A DNA stretch of 54,809 nt, taken from NCBI GenBank assembly GCA_044220955.1, contig JBGAQA010000041.1:1-54809 (forward strand), written 5' to 3'. The notes under the pieces are model-generated. The model ran no database searches. It was given only the letters and a program-made list of their open reading frames with translations, and had not been told where the DNA came from. The translations under genes were made by a program, and so were the position numbers. Shown here piece after piece: positions 30,713 to 44,048 of the stretch (its first letter is position 1; each line of letters starts with the position of its first letter). This DNA comes from Sandaracinaceae bacterium. GTDB taxonomy: Bacteria > Myxococcota_A > Polyangia > Polyangiales > Sandaracinaceae.

Positions 30713-30854
30713 GCGAACTCCTCGCCTCTCGGCCGCGAGCGGAAGTTACTCTCGTCGTCGCCTCCGCAGCGGGAGTTTCCTCTCTCCCCCGTGTTCCTCG
30801 CCCCGGAGTCAGAGCGCGCTTCGGTCGCCACCTACGCGGATCTCGGGCTCGTGA

Positions 30855-33077
<2,223 letters not shown>

Positions 33078-33353
33078 TTTGGCCTCGCGCCGGAGGTTCC
33101 GGCGTCTTCGGTGCGAGGGAGCCCCGTCCGGCTCGATACGCGGCAGCGTGGGCTCGTCCTCGCGCACGCCGCAGCACGGGCGGCCGCGGGCTCGGCTGCT
33201 CCACGATCGGCACCCAGGCGGACAGAGGGCGAGGTGGCGGACGGGACCGGTGCGAGGGGCGTGCCCGTGGTCTTTCGCCCCAGGGGGGCCTTCTGCCTCG
33301 CACCGCGCCGTCGAAGGGACGCAGATCTTCGGGAATCCTCGGGTGATCACGCT

Positions 33354-33369
33354 TGGCATGCATCCGGCT
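33354..33369 (+). promoter_or_regulatory. Possible sigma54 promoter of sulP
   Basis: TGGCATGCATCCGGCT: GG 33355-56, 10 nt, GC 33367-68; weak -12; predicted +1 just before ATG 33383. Confidence 0.45.
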
Positions 33370-33382
33370 CTAGGCGGGCTCG

Positions 33383-35062
33383 ATGGTTCCGCCGCCGCCC
33401 TCCGCCTCGAGCCCTCCGCCTTCGCGCTCGCTCCCCCCACCCCCCTCGACTCCGCGCGGGCCCGAGTCGCGCCTCGCCAAGCTGCGCGCCGACGCCCTCT
33501 CGGGCTTCCTCGTCTTCCTCATCGCGCTGCCCCTCTCGCTGGGCATCTCGCTGGCGAGCGGCTTTCCGCCTGTCGCGGGCCTGCTGACCGCGATGGTGGG
33601 CGGCCTGCTCGTCTCGCTCGTCATGGGCGCGCCGCTCACGATCAAGGGCCCGGCCGCCGGGCTCATCGTGATCGCGCTCGGGGCGGTCACCGATCTCGGG
33701 GGCGGCGACGCGACGCTCGGCTATCGACGCGCGCTCGCGTGCATCGTGGTCGCGGGGGCGCTGCAGGCGGGCCTCGGCCTGATGAAGGCGGGTCGGATCG
33801 CCGACTTCTTCCCGTCGTCGGTGGTGCACGGGATGCTCGCCGCCATCGGCGTCATCATCTGCGCCAAGCAGGTCCACGTGATGCTGGGCGTCACCCCGCA
33901 CGGGCACGAGCCCATCGAGCTCTTGCTGGAGATCCCGTCGAGCCTCGCGCAGCTGAACCCCGAGGTGCTCCTCGTCGGCGCCGTCAGCCTCGTGATCCTG
34001 TTCCTGATGCCGATGATCGCGCACCCGCTCGCGCGCAAGATCCCCGCGCCGATGGTGGTGCTCTGCGTGGCCGTGCCCCTCGGGCTCTACTTCGACTTCA
34101 GCCACGAGCACACCTACACGCTGGCCGTCACGCACACGAGCTATGCGATCACGCCGCGCTATCTCGTGACGCTGCCGGACCACCTGATCTCGGCCATCAC
34201 GCTGCCGGACTTCTCCGTGCTCACGTCGACGACGTCCATCCGCTACGTCGTGATGTTCGCGCTCGTCGGCTCGATCGAGTCGCTGCTCTCGGCGCGCGCC
34301 ATCGACCAGCTCGACAAGGAGCGGCACAAGTCCGACTACGATCGCGACCTTCTCGCGGTGGGCCTCGGGAACGTGGTCGCCGGACTCATCGGCGGGCTGC
34401 CGATGATCGCCGAGATCGTCCGCAGCAAGGCCAACCTCGATGCGGGCGCGCGCTCGCGCTGGTCGAACTTCTTTCACGGCGCGTTCTTGCTGGTGTTCGT
34501 GGCGTTCCTGCCCAACCTCATCCACCGCATCCCGCTCGCGGCCCTCGCGGCGATGCTCGTCTACACCGGGACGCGCCTCGCGTCGCCCTCGGAGTTCATC
34601 AAGACGTTCCAGATCGGCCGCGAGCAGCTCGCGGTGTTCGTCGTGACGATGATCGGCTGCATCGGCGTCGATCTCCTCGTCGGCGTCGCGCTCGGGATCG
34701 TCACCAAGCTCACCATCCAGCTCGTGCTCGGGTCTCGCTTCGCCACGCTCGCGAAGGCCGCCATCGAGGAGACCACCGACGGGGCGGTCACCACGCTCAC
34801 CGTGAGGTCCAACGCGACGTTCACCAACTACCTGTCGATCAAGGCGCGCATCTACGCGGCCGCCGCCCGGGGGTCGGTCATCGTCGACCTGTCCGGTGCC
34901 GCCTTCGTCGATCACACGACGCTCGAGCGACTGCACGACCTCGAGGGAGAGCTGAGCCACGAGGGCAAGTCGCTGACGGTGCGCGGGACGGAGCAGCTGA
35001 CGCCGCTGAGCCAGCACCCGATGGCGGCGCGCCGCAGTGTCATGCCCCCGGCCCCCCGGTAG
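33383..35062 (+). CDS. SulP/SLC26 anion transporter with STAS-like C-terminus
   Basis: DALSGFLVFLIALPLSLGISLASG, IKGPAAGL, GSIESLLSA, GGLPMIAEIVRS. Confidence 0.93.
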   Translation: MVPPPPSASSPPPSRSLPPPPSTPRGPESRLAKLRADALSGFLVFLIALPLSLGISLASGFPPVAGLLTAMVGGLLVSLVMGAPLTIKGPAAGLIVIALGAVTDLGGGDATLGYRRALACIVVAGALQAGLGLMKAGRIADFFPSSVVHGMLAAIGVIICAKQVHVMLGVTPHGHEPIELLLEIPSSLAQLNPEVLLVGAVSLVILFLMPMIAHPLARKIPAPMVVLCVAVPLGLYFDFSHEHTYTLAVTHTSYAITPRYLVTLPDHLISAITLPDFSVLTSTTSIRYVVMFALVGSIESLLSARAIDQLDKERHKSDYDRDLLAVGLGNVVAGLIGGLPMIAEIVRSKANLDAGARSRWSNFFHGAFLLVFVAFLPNLIHRIPLAALAAMLVYTGTRLASPSEFIKTFQIGREQLAVFVVTMIGCIGVDLLVGVALGIVTKLTIQLVLGSRFATLAKAAIEETTDGAVTTLTVRSNATFTNYLSIKARIYAAAARGSVIVDLSGAAFVDHTTLERLHDLEGELSHEGKSLTVRGTEQLTPLSQHPMAARRSVMPPAPR

Positions 35063-35095
35063 CGGCGACGCCGCCGAGCAGATCGTTTCCTCGGC

Positions 35096-35133
35096 TCATG
35101 CGTCTCTCCTCGTTCCCGAGGAGAGACGCATGA
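35096..35133 (+). promoter_or_regulatory. Perfect 17-bp hairpin covering the RBS and start codon
   Basis: TCATGCGTCTCTCCTCG-TTCC-CGAGGAGAGACGCATGA; right arm contains GAGGAG and ATG 35130. Confidence 0.75.
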
Positions 35134-35567
35134 CGACGAGCACTGGCCGGACCCTGTTTCTCTGCACCATTCTGCTGTCCGGCTGCAGCGGGGCCGTCCA
35201 CCACGCGGACGAGCCCACGCTCGCTTCGCAGGCCCGGCCCATCTCCGAGTCGGCGCCGGCGCACGGGGAGCTGGCGTCGGCCTGCGACCGAACGGTCTGG
35301 TCGTTCGCGCCGACGACCGCCGGGCTCTATCGTTTCGAGGCACGCAGCGCCGTCCCCCTCTCCATCCGCCTCTTCTCGATGAGCCCCGACCTCTACCTCG
35401 ACACGGGCCGCACCGAAGCGGACGCGGCGAGCGTGGAAGCGAGCCTCGAGCCGGGCGAGTCGTACGCGATCACGCTCGAGGGCACGGACTGCCGTCCGAC
35501 GAGCTACGACATCACGGTCGCCCTCTCACCGGCCGACGTGAGCACCTATCGTCGCGACGCGCTCTGA
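35130..35567 (+). CDS. Small lipoprotein with PPC-like beta-sandwich
   Basis: Lipobox LSGC; WSFAPTTAGLYRF...LEPGESYAITLEG...YDITV. Confidence 0.75.
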   Translation: MTTSTGRTLFLCTILLSGCSGAVHHADEPTLASQARPISESAPAHGELASACDRTVWSFAPTTAGLYRFEARSAVPLSIRLFSMSPDLYLDTGRTEADAASVEASLEPGESYAITLEGTDCRPTSYDITVALSPADVSTYRRDAL

Positions 35568-35621
35568 CGAGGACGCGCACGGCCGTGTCGTGTTCGGCCG
35601 GACGTGGCGGCCCAGGCCCTC

Positions 35622-36899
35622 TCACTCGCTGACGATGTCGTGCACCCGAGGGGCCGGCGTGCGCGCGGGATCGATCGCGTCGATGCGCGGGGGCTCCCAG
35701 CCGGGCACCCAGCCGTCGAGGGGCAGGCCCGCGTGTACCTCGAGCTCGCCGAAGCCCAGGCCCGCCTCGCGGTCGTAGCGCACGTCGCCGGCCACCGTGG
35801 GCTCGCCCTCGCGCGCCAGGAGATAGGGCGCCCGGGAGAAGCGGAGGAACGCGGCGGTGTCCTCGCTCGTCGCGGCGAGCTCGCGCAGGAGCGAGAGCGG
35901 TGTGCGCGTCTCGTCGAAGAACGCGATCGACTCGGTGCTGGAGCGCTCGATCGGCGTGCGCTCGGCGCTCGTCTCCGCCGGCGGCGAGAACCGGCACCCG
36001 GACACGTCCTCCAGCTCGCCCGCGAGCGACACTGCGAGCCGGCGTGTCACGAGATCGTCGCCCTCGATCTCGATCCCGAGCGCCGACCAGCAGAGCGGGT
36101 TGGCCGGCGACGGCGTCATCGCCACGTCGAGCACGATGGCTCGAGGAAACGCGGCGGCGAGCGCGCCGCGAACGTGGATCTCCGCCTCGACGTGCACGGC
36201 GAAGAAGATCAGCTCGATCGCGACGGCGCCGAACACGGCGAGCGCCGGCCGCCCGAGGGGACCGAGCCCGCGCGAGGCGAGCGCGACGAGCGCCGTCACG
36301 AGCACGACGAGCGCCAGGCCGAGCCAGGTCACGAAGGGCACGGTGGCCGAGAGCACGAGGCCGAGCGCAGCGATCGCGCCGAGCGTGATGCGCGCGGCCC
36401 GCGTCTGCGCGGCGAAGGCCAGCGGCACCGCGAGGACCGCCCAGAGCAGCGGCTCGAGGATGAAGATCGAGTCGCCGTAGTGCCAGCGCGACTCGAGGGG
36501 CCAGAGCGGGTGCACGCCGTACGAGTTGCCGAAGTCCATCGCGGTGTGGAGCAGCGCCATCGCGGTCGCGAGCCCGACGAAGAGCGGCAACAGCGTGCGC
36601 GGGATGCCGCCGCGCTGCCGCGCCCAGAGCCACGCGAGGCCGACGGCCATCGCCCCGAGGACGGGAGCGAGCAGGACCGTGTGCGTGTGCCCACGGTGGT
36701 GCAGGAGGTAGCCGAGGGGTGAGCGGATCGCGGGCGCGAGCAGGATGTCGGCGTCCGGCGCGTTGCTCGCCAGCACGGACGTCAGCCAGAGCGCGCCGCG
36801 CAGCGCCGGCACGCGCTCGTCCGGATGGCGCATGGCGCGCACGCGCACGACGAGCTCGGCGACGGCGGCTCCCGCCAGCGTATGCGTGACGTTGTCCAA
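35622..36899 (-). CDS. Inner-membrane metal-dependent hydrolase (YdjM family)
   Basis: MDNVTHTLAG, SNAPDAD, HHRGHTH, LHTAMDFGNSYGVHPLWP. Confidence 0.88.
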   Translation of the reverse strand: MDNVTHTLAGAAVAELVVRVRAMRHPDERVPALRGALWLTSVLASNAPDADILLAPAIRSPLGYLLHHRGHTHTVLLAPVLGAMAVGLAWLWARQRGGIPRTLLPLFVGLATAMALLHTAMDFGNSYGVHPLWPLESRWHYGDSIFILEPLLWAVLAVPLAFAAQTRAARITLGAIAALGLVLSATVPFVTWLGLALVVLVTALVALASRGLGPLGRPALAVFGAVAIELIFFAVHVEAEIHVRGALAAAFPRAIVLDVAMTPSPANPLCWSALGIEIEGDDLVTRRLAVSLAGELEDVSGCRFSPPAETSAERTPIERSSTESIAFFDETRTPLSLLRELAATSEDTAAFLRFSRAPYLLAREGEPTVAGDVRYDREAGLGFGELEVHAGLPLDGWVPGWEPPRIDAIDPARTPAPRVHDIVSE

Positions 36900-36909
36900 G
36901 TCGCGCGAG

Positions 36910-37383
36910 CTACGCCTTCGCGCGCTCGCCGAAGATCACCGCGACCGAGAGGCTCGAGGCGCGTCGCAGGTGCGAGAGCGTGTGCGGCTCGGCCGTGTGG
37001 CCGACCGTGGCGGCGGCCTTCTTGAGCGCGCCGTGCGCCGCGTCGAGATCCTTGAAGATCCAGCCCGGAACGCCGGTGATGCCTCGCGCGGCCTGGAAGT
37101 CGGGGCTCCGGCTCGCCGGGACGAGCACGCAGAGCTCGGCCGCGGCCGCCTCGTCGTCGCTCGCCTTCCCTTCCGGCTCGTCGTAGAGGCGCGCCAGGAG
37201 GTCGACGACGCCCTCGTCGGCCGGCTCGCGCACGAGGATGCTGCCGTCGAGCGTCAGCTCGTAGAAGCGGCCGGCGATGCGCTCGGTGATGCTCGCGACC
37301 TGCATGGCGGCCAGGACCTTGCAGATCTCCTCGTCGTTCAGCCCCGCACCTTCCACGAGCCCGAGCCGCTGCCGTATCGACAT
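36910..37383 (-). CDS. Hypothetical protein
   Basis: GAGG RBS, protein-like composition, operonic position. Confidence 0.7.
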   Translation of the reverse strand: MSIRQRLGLVEGAGLNDEEICKVLAAMQVASITERIAGRFYELTLDGSILVREPADEGVVDLLARLYDEPEGKASDDEAAAAELCVLVPASRSPDFQAARGITGVPGWIFKDLDAAHGALKKAAATVGHTAEPHTLSHLRRASSLSVAVIFGERAKA

Positions 37384-37409
37384 GGCCTCACGATGCCACA
37401 CATCGAGAC

Positions 37410-38342
37410 TCACAGCTCGATGGCCGAGATGCGCCGGTTCTGCGCGCGGCCTTCCTCGGTGTCGTTCGACGCGACCGGCTGCGTGTCGCCGTAGCCGACG
37501 GCCTCGACCCGGCTGCCGTCGATTCCGTGGGACACGATGTAGCTCCGGACGGCCTGTGCGCGCGCCTCGGAGAGCGCCTGGTTTCGCCGCGGGTCGCCGA
37601 CGTTGTCGGTGTGGCCGGCGATCCGGATCCGCACGCTCGGCCGGTGCGTCATGTACTCGACGACGCGATCGATCCGCGGGTTGGACTCCGGGTCGATGGT
37701 GGCGCTCCCGGTCTCGAAGAGGATGCCCTCGAGCACCAGACCCTCCTCGGGCGGCGGCGCAGGCGGCGGAGCATCGGGCGTCGCCGCGACCGGCGGCGGC
37801 GCGGGCCGGGGCGGCGGAGCCCACGGGCGGTAGCGCAGCGTGAGCCGGATGTCCTGGTGCGGCCCGGCGGGCACGTCGACGTGCGCGACCGTGCTGCGCC
37901 GGCCGAGGCTCAGGTACTCGAGATCGTAGCGCTGCCCCGCGGGGACGAGGACCTCGGCGTAGCCCTGCGAGTCGGTCTCGTCCGTGTAGTACTCGTGGCC
38001 GTCCGGCCCGGTCAGCTTGATCACGATGCCGGGCAGCGGCCCGTTCTCCGGGTGCACCACGAAGAGGCGCATCGCGGCCTCGGTCGCCGTGGACGTGATC
38101 TGCGACGCGTGATCGCCGTGGGCCTGCTCCGCGTCGTCGGAGCTCGAGAGGTGGAATTCCCCGTCCGCTCCCGCGGCATCACCGCTCGCGTCGGAGGTCG
38201 TCGTCGCGCTCGCCGTGTCGTCGCCCCCTGCGCTCGTCGCGCCCCCGGACGTCCCGGTCGCGCCTCCCGACGAGCTCCCGCCGCCGCAGGCGGTGGCGAG
38301 GGCGAGGGCGAGGGCGAGGGCGGAGGGCGGAGTCTTCGTCAT
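37410..38342 (-). CDS. OmpA-family lipoprotein
   Basis: Lipobox ATAC; ILFETGSA, AGHTDNVG, LSEARAQAV, NRRI; start 38342 or 38348. Confidence 0.9.
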   Translation of the reverse strand: MTKTPPSALALALALATACGGGSSSGGATGTSGGATSAGGDDTASATTTSDASGDAAGADGEFHLSSSDDAEQAHGDHASQITSTATEAAMRLFVVHPENGPLPGIVIKLTGPDGHEYYTDETDSQGYAEVLVPAGQRYDLEYLSLGRRSTVAHVDVPAGPHQDIRLTLRYRPWAPPPRPAPPPVAATPDAPPPAPPPEEGLVLEGILFETGSATIDPESNPRIDRVVEYMTHRPSVRIRIAGHTDNVGDPRRNQALSEARAQAVRSYIVSHGIDGSRVEAVGYGDTQPVASNDTEEGRAQNRRISAIEL

Positions 38343-38450
38343 GGGCATTCGAGACTACCAGGGCTGGCGTCCGGACGAGAGGCTTCGGTGGTGCCGCGCC
38401 GAGCGATCCGGATCGTCCGGCGCCGCCCCACGGGTGTACGCTGGCGCCAG

Positions 38451-39314
38451 ATGCGTCCGATCGAGAGCGGCCTGCGCGAGATCTACCGCCGCGAGCTCCT
38501 CCCGGCGCCCGCGCGCTGGTGGCTGGCCGCCGACGGGATGCACGCGTGGTACGCGATGCTCCGGCGCGGGCTCGAGGCGCCGCTCGGCGGCCGCGAGGCC
38601 GCGGAGCGCGAGATCGCCAAGGCGGCCGGCAAGGCGTACACCCGCCGCTGGGGGCTCCTGCGCGCGCGCTTCCCCGCGCTGCCCGACGACGTCGACGCGC
38701 CCGCGCGCGTCCTCGGCGCGCTCTCGTTCACGTCGCTGCGGCCGAAGGGGGCGTGGGTCTTCCGCGCGCTCGGCAAGCCACCGCTCCGCAAGCGCGATCA
38801 GCTGCGGGTCGAGGGCGAGCTGCGCACGATCCCGATCGAGGAGCGCTGGCGCGAGGTCACCACGCACCTCGGCGAGGTGCTGATCGAGCTGACGCGCACG
38901 CTGCCTTCGGTGATCCCGGGGGCGAACGCGGTGCTCGGCCAGGTCTGTTTCGAGGGCGGCCGGCGCGCCGGCGAGCACGCGAGGAAGGTGTTCGGCCTGC
39001 CCGACACCCCCGAGAGCGCGATCGAGGTGCTCCGCATGAGCGAGTACGTCTTCCGCGTGAACCCCGAGCACTGGCACGAGGCCGACGCCGCCGCGCACAC
39101 GGGCATGCTCGAGGGGACCGCCTGCCCGTGGTTCACGGCGCCCGGCTGGTCGATGATGCACTGCGGGATCTTCGGCCAATTCCAGTCCGGGATCTCGTCG
39201 GTCTTCGGCCTGCGCTACCAGCTCACGCAGACGATCCCCAAGCACGGCGGCGCGACGTGCAGGATCGACCTCCGACCGATCAAGAAGAAGGACGGGACCG
39301 CGATCGCGACCTGA
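38451..39314 (+). CDS. V4R/ATC-hydrolase-like fold protein
   Basis: C-terminal CPW...HC...TIPKHGGATCRIDL Cys triad typical of V4R-like folds. Confidence 0.6.
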   Translation: MRPIESGLREIYRRELLPAPARWWLAADGMHAWYAMLRRGLEAPLGGREAAEREIAKAAGKAYTRRWGLLRARFPALPDDVDAPARVLGALSFTSLRPKGAWVFRALGKPPLRKRDQLRVEGELRTIPIEERWREVTTHLGEVLIELTRTLPSVIPGANAVLGQVCFEGGRRAGEHARKVFGLPDTPESAIEVLRMSEYVFRVNPEHWHEADAAAHTGMLEGTACPWFTAPGWSMMHCGIFGQFQSGISSVFGLRYQLTQTIPKHGGATCRIDLRPIKKKDGTAIAT

Positions 39315-39368
39315 GGGTCCGGCCCGACGCCAGTCGCCCCGCGACCGGTCGGTGGTAGCGTTCGCGCG

Positions 39369-40753
<1,385 letters not shown>

Positions 40754-40757
<4 letters not shown>

Positions 40758-41743
40758 TCGCGTACGACCCGGCGCGCTTCTCGGCCGCGCTCCTCGCGTC
40801 GGACGCCGCCGCCGGCACGAGCTTGGTCCCGCTCGACGGCGAGGACGCGCTGGCGTTCGCCATCGATGCAGTGCTCGAGCCGATACGCGCACGGGACCCG
40901 AGCACGCCTGCGAACGAGACGTTGATGCGCGAGGTGCTCGAGAGATCTGCCGAGCGGGGGGATCTCTTCGCGATCGTGCTCCGAGAGGGCGTGCGCGCGG
41001 GCTTCGTGTGGACGAGCGCGAACGGTCCGCCGGAGCACACCGAGATCTACTTGAACGAGCTGTCCCTCGTCGCGCCGGCGCGAGGCACGGGGCTCGGGAC
41101 GGCGCTCCTGGCGTCGCTCGAGCGCGCGGCCCGGGCGGCAGGCGTGCGCGCGATCGACCTCGACTTCATGGCCGACAACGAGCGCGTGCGATCGCTCTAC
41201 GTGCGCAGCGGCTACACCCAGGTCGGTGTCGAGGCGATCGGCCCCCTCGGCGAGCCGCGCGGCGTCACGCGCGACATATCGGCAGCCCGCGAGAGCGAGC
41301 GCGAGACGCTCTTGGCACGCGCGGTCACGAGCGGCGCGTTCCGCTCGTTCGCGCGTCCGCACTGGACACAGGCCGAGGTCCAGGCCGCGATCGATCGAGC
41401 GTATGCGGCCCAGACGGTGCTCGTCGCGCGGGAGGGTGGCGAGGTGGCGGGCGCGGCGTTCTGGCGGCTCGCGCCCTCGATCACGTACGGCGACGTACTC
41501 TGCGTGCTGGACGTCCTCGATGCGCCGGCCGCGCTGGCGCCCGAGCTCGTGGACGCCGTGTGCAGCGCGGTGGGGCCGGGCGGAGCGGCACGCGTGTTGG
41601 TGACGATCCCCGAGCCCTCGGCAGGCGTGCTCGCGGAGCTCGCGCCGGTCGGCCTCCGCCCCCATCGCTACAAGCTCGCCAAGCGCCTCGTCCACGGTCC
41701 GCCACCGGTGATCGGAGAGGCTCTGGGCTCCAGCTCAGCGTGA
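40754..41743 (+). CDS. Tandem GNAT acetyltransferase
   Basis: ATGA overlap; ARGTGLGTALL acetyl-CoA motif, N..VRSLY..SGY; second degenerate GNAT half. Confidence 0.8.
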
Positions 41744-42559
41744 GCGAGGATCGAAGCGGTCGCGCAGCTCGTCGCCGGCGAGGTTCAGCGCAAGCACGGT
41801 GAGCGCCAGCGCGCCACCCGAGACGAGCGCGACGTGCGGGAAGCGCAGGATCACCGACGCGCCCTGATCGAGCAGGGCTCCCCACGAGGTCGAGAGGCCC
41901 GGGCCGAGGCCGAGGAACGAGAGGGTCGACTCCGCGAGCACGGCCGCGCCGAGCGCGCTCGTGGCCGACACGACGAGGGGCCCGGCGAGGTTCGGCAGCA
42001 CGTGTCGGAGGACGACGCGCGCTTCGCTCGCCCCGAGCGCGCGGGCCGCGAGGACGAAGTCGCGCTCGCGCAGGGAGAGCGCCTGCGCACGCGCGAGGCG
42101 CGCGTGGGGCGCCCAGCCGTTCGCCGCGAGCGCTAGGATCACCACGACGACGCTCGGCCGCGCGATCAGCGCGACGACGGCGACGTGCAGCACGATCGAG
42201 GGGAAGCTCTGCACCAGGTCGGCGAGCGCCATCACGCCGCGGTCGATCCACCCGCCGCGCGTCCCGGCCAGCGCGCCCAGCGGGGCACCGACGGTGAGCG
42301 AGAGGCCGACGGAGCCGAGCGCCACGAGGGCGGCGAGGCGCGCTCCGTGGAGCAAGACGCTGACGATGTCGATCCCGTTGTCGGCCGTCCCGAGCCAGTG
42401 CGCCGCCGAGGGGAGCTCGAACGCATGCCGCAGATCGATCGCCGAGGGCGCGCGCGGCGCGATCCACGGACCGACGAGCGCGACGGCGAAGAACGCGAGC
42501 GCGAGGAGCGAGCCGGCGTGGGCCGCGAGGCGCCGGGACTTCGCGGGTCGCGCGCTCAT
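41735..42559 (-). CDS. dppC: Peptide ABC transporter permease DppC/OppC-like
   Basis: HWLGTADNG.D, FVLAARALGAS EAA loop, RHVLPN, ESTLSFLGLG. Confidence 0.9.
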   Translation of the reverse strand: MSARPAKSRRLAAHAGSLLALAFFAVALVGPWIAPRAPSAIDLRHAFELPSAAHWLGTADNGIDIVSVLLHGARLAALVALGSVGLSLTVGAPLGALAGTRGGWIDRGVMALADLVQSFPSIVLHVAVVALIARPSVVVVILALAANGWAPHARLARAQALSLRERDFVLAARALGASEARVVLRHVLPNLAGPLVVSATSALGAAVLAESTLSFLGLGPGLSTSWGALLDQGASVILRFPHVALVSGGALALTVLALNLAGDELRDRFDPRSR

Positions 42560-43485
42560 CGCAGCCTCACGCGCGGGTCGAGGCCCGCGAGCACGAGGTC
42601 GAGCGCGAGCTGCACCGTGACGTAGAGCAGCGCCACGACGAGCACCGTTCCCTGCAGCACCGGGATGTCGCGCGCCGCGAAGGCGTCGAGCATCAGCGTG
42701 CCGAGCCCGCGCCGCTCGAAGATCTTCTCCGCGACCACGGCGCCGCCGAGGAGCGCGCCCAGCTGCGAGGCCGAGACCGTCACGACGGGCAGGAGCGCGT
42801 TGCGCAGCCCGTGGGCGAGCGCCGCCCGCGTCCGCGAGAGCCCGCGCGCGCGCGCGGCCGTCACGAAGGGCTCGGAGAGCGCCTCGATCATCGCGCCGCG
42901 TGTCTGGCGCGTCAGCGCGGCCGCGAGCGCCGCACCGATCGTCACCGAGGGCAGCACGAGCGCGAGCAGGCCCCCCTCGTCGTCGCCCGGCATCGGCAGC
43001 ACCCGCAGCTCGACCGCGAAGAGGAGCACGAGCAGCGGGCCGAGCCAGATCGTGGGCAGCGCCACGCCCGAGAGCGCCACGACGCGCGCGACGCGGTCCG
43101 GCGCGCGGCCCCGCGAGAGGGCTGCCGTGACCCCGAGCGGGATCGCGAGGCACCACGCGAGCACGATCGAGACGAGCGCGAGCGCGAGCGTGTCGGGGAA
43201 CACCTCCGCGATGTGCGAGGCCACGGTCTCGTCCGGAGAGCGGAACGAGCGGCCGAGCGAGCCGTCGGCGACGTCGGCCGCGTAGAGCCGGAGCTGCTCG
43301 CCGAGCCCCGCGTCGAGGTGCAGGCGCGCGCGCATCGCCGCGAGGTCCGCCTCGGTCGCCGCGTCGCCCAGGATGAGCCGCGCAGGGTCACCGGGCAGCG
43401 CTCGCACGAGCGCGAACACGAGCAGCACGACGGCCACGACCGTCGCGAGCGCCCGCAGCGTGCGGAGTGCGAGGTAGCGCGCCAT
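42556..43485 (-). CDS. dppB: Peptide ABC transporter permease DppB/OppB-like
   Basis: LPGDPA, GSLGRSF, FVTAARARGLS, HGLRNALLP, LDPRVR. Confidence 0.92.
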   Translation of the reverse strand: MARYLALRTLRALATVVAVVLLVFALVRALPGDPARLILGDAATEADLAAMRARLHLDAGLGEQLRLYAADVADGSLGRSFRSPDETVASHIAEVFPDTLALALVSIVLAWCLAIPLGVTAALSRGRAPDRVARVVALSGVALPTIWLGPLLVLLFAVELRVLPMPGDDEGGLLALVLPSVTIGAALAAALTRQTRGAMIEALSEPFVTAARARGLSRTRAALAHGLRNALLPVVTVSASQLGALLGGAVVAEKIFERRGLGTLMLDAFAARDIPVLQGTVLVVALLYVTVQLALDLVLAGLDPRVRLR

Positions 43486-43511
43486 CGCGCCGCGATACTA
43501 CCCGTCGCCGG

Positions 43512-43961
43512 CTATTGCGGCGCGAGGCAGAAGCGCCCGTCGGGGCGGTTCAGGTCGGAGACGGCGAATCGGTGCGCGATCACCGGACCGGGCAGGCCCG
43601 TCGCGCCGCCGTCGCCGTCCGCGACCACGCCGCCGTCGCCGCGCAGCTCGCCGGTGTCGTTGCCGACGCAGCGGTAGCCCTTGTCCGTGCGGCAGTCACC
43701 GTCGCTCGAGCAGCGGCGCATGCACACGTTGCGCGAGAGGCGCGGCGTGTCCGGCTCGAAGCGCACGCAGACCGCGTCGTCGGGGCACGTGTCGGGGGAG
43801 CAGTCGAAGACCGTGCAGTAGCCGCCGGGCTGGGTGATGTCGCAGACGCGGTCGCCGTTGATCGAGCAGTTCGTCTGGCTGTAGCAGCCGTCGCCGATGC
43901 GAGGCGCGCAGGCCAAGAGCACCAGGCTCGCGAGCGGGAGGACGAAGCGACGGAGCGACAA
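43512..43961 (-). CDS. Small Cys-rich lipoprotein
   Basis: Lipobox LLAC; IGDGC, PGGYCT..DC...CP...C, CMRRCSSDGDCR; start uncertain. Confidence 0.75.
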   Translation of the reverse strand: MSLRRFVLPLASLVLLACAPRIGDGCYSQTNCSINGDRVCDITQPGGYCTVFDCSPDTCPDDAVCVRFEPDTPRLSRNVCMRRCSSDGDCRTDKGYRCVGNDTGELRGDGGVVADGDGGATGLPGPVIAHRFAVSDLNRPDGRFCLAPQ

Positions 43962-44048
43962 GGCGGCGGACCCTAGATCGGCCGCCGATCCCGCGCCAGC
44001 CGGCGCCACGAACTTGCCGCCTGCGTCCGAGACGCGTAGCCCCTCGGC

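Noticed and set aside
38295..38320. (GGCGAG)n hexamer repeat as a phase-variation tract
   Set aside because: The unit is a multiple of three and encodes the Leu-Ala run of a signal peptide.
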